Below are positions 34,464-35,126 of a DNA stretch of 35,126 nucleotides, one piece after another (the first letter of the stretch is position 1; the number at the start of each line of letters is the position of its first letter). This DNA comes from a virus. Lineage: Duplodnaviria > Caudoviricetes. The notes beneath the pieces are model-generated. The model had not been told where the DNA came from, searched no databases, and saw only the letters and a program-made list of their open reading frames with translations. The stretch lies in IMG/VR virus record IMGVR_UViG_3300032136_000012, positions 1 through 35,126 of that record. One strand, written 5' to 3'. Both the position numbers and the translations under genes were made by a program.

Positions 34464-34714
34464 TCTTCCCCCTTGTAGTCTGGGTGGGCTTTGATGGCTT
34501 CAATTAAATCATCAAAATCTGGGTCTCCGAACATAAACTTTACATCTCTGATCGCCGCCTCTATCACAGCCATGTCCATCGCATACCTGTTCGCCGACAA
34601 GCTAACCATCTCACCCTGCTGGGTCAAGTCTATCTCGCGGACGCAGGTATCATCACCGCAGGTCATTGTGATCCGTATTGTGGACTCGTCTGTGAATTCG
34701 TAACTAATCTTCAT
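34460..34714 (-). CDS. hypothetical protein
   Basis: ATG at 34714 after GGGAG, overlapping the upstream gene end; about 84 aa. Confidence 0.55.
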   Translation of the reverse strand: MKISYEFTDESTIRITMTCGDDTCVREIDLTQQGEMVSLSANRYAMDMAVIEAAIRDVKFMFGDPDFDDLIEAIKAHPDYKGEE

Positions 34715-35051
34715 CGCAAGGCTCCCATCTGCGAATGAATTCATATTGTGATGGTGACCCAGCGATTCCCCCATCAAACTGTCTCATATGGTTATCGGGT
34801 CCGTGGTATCTTCTCAAATGACTTATTTTTGCTCCGATAATTCTTACCTCCCACACCTCCCCAACTTTCGGCTCTTTCGGCTTACAAGGGTGCTCGAAAT
34901 TCAGAAGTTCCCATGTGTTGCCTTCTGACTCGCATTCATATTTAGTCTCACAGCCGATTGTAACAGTCCCATCATTCCAATAGCTTATAGAGTACTGACC
35001 CAGGGGAATTTTTTCGCCTTGCTTGTATTGCTTTCCTAGTTTAACTTTCAT
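34704..35051 (-). CDS. hypothetical protein
   Basis: 115 aa with GGAGG RBS; PKVGEVWEV motif; AT-richer than the window average. Confidence 0.65.
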   Translation of the reverse strand: MKVKLGKQYKQGEKIPLGQYSISYWNDGTVTIGCETKYECESEGNTWELLNFEHPCKPKEPKVGEVWEVRIIGAKISHLRRYHGPDNHMRQFDGGIAGSPSQYEFIRRWEPCDED

Positions 35052-35126
35052 CCTAACCTCCTCTGATTTAGCTTATCGTGTTCATCTGACATTAGCTTAT
35101 TGTGCCTCCTAGTCTCCAGACTATCA

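Noticed and set aside
1-35126. Stop-codon reassignment, tRNA genes, integrase or att site
   Set aside because: Genes end in TAA, TAG and TGA and tile densely under the standard code; no cloverleaf or recombinase was recognised.

Overview
A 35-kb stretch of a tailed dsDNA bacteriophage with a contractile (myovirus-type) tail. Bases 1-760 are a non-coding control region holding a 37-bp tandem repeat, five sigma54 (-24/-12)-type boxes, dispersed AGCCTA motifs and a sigma70-type promoter. Bases 761-25755 (+) are one packaging and morphogenesis operon: small and large terminase, portal, scaffold, major capsid, two large LamG-type proteins flanking a tandem pair of Maf/sialyltransferase-like genes, neck, sheath, tube, a tail chaperone with a -1 frameshift site, tape measure, baseplate, tail fibre and a holin-like gene. 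Bases 25752-35051 (-) are a convergent replication and accessory block: SNF2 helicase, VRR-NUC, family A DNA polymerase, SSB, DUF2800/Cas4-like nuclease, a SleB-like hydrolase, a miniature sigma-like protein, an HNH endonuclease and a lipoprotein trypsin-like protease. The most unusual signals are the sigma54-box array, a perfect 14-bp inverted repeat covering the polymerase ribosome-binding site and start codon, and the candidate virion-glycosylation cassette. All product calls come from motifs read by eye and from gene order; no database search was run. No integrase, tRNA, CRISPR array or reverse transcriptase was seen.
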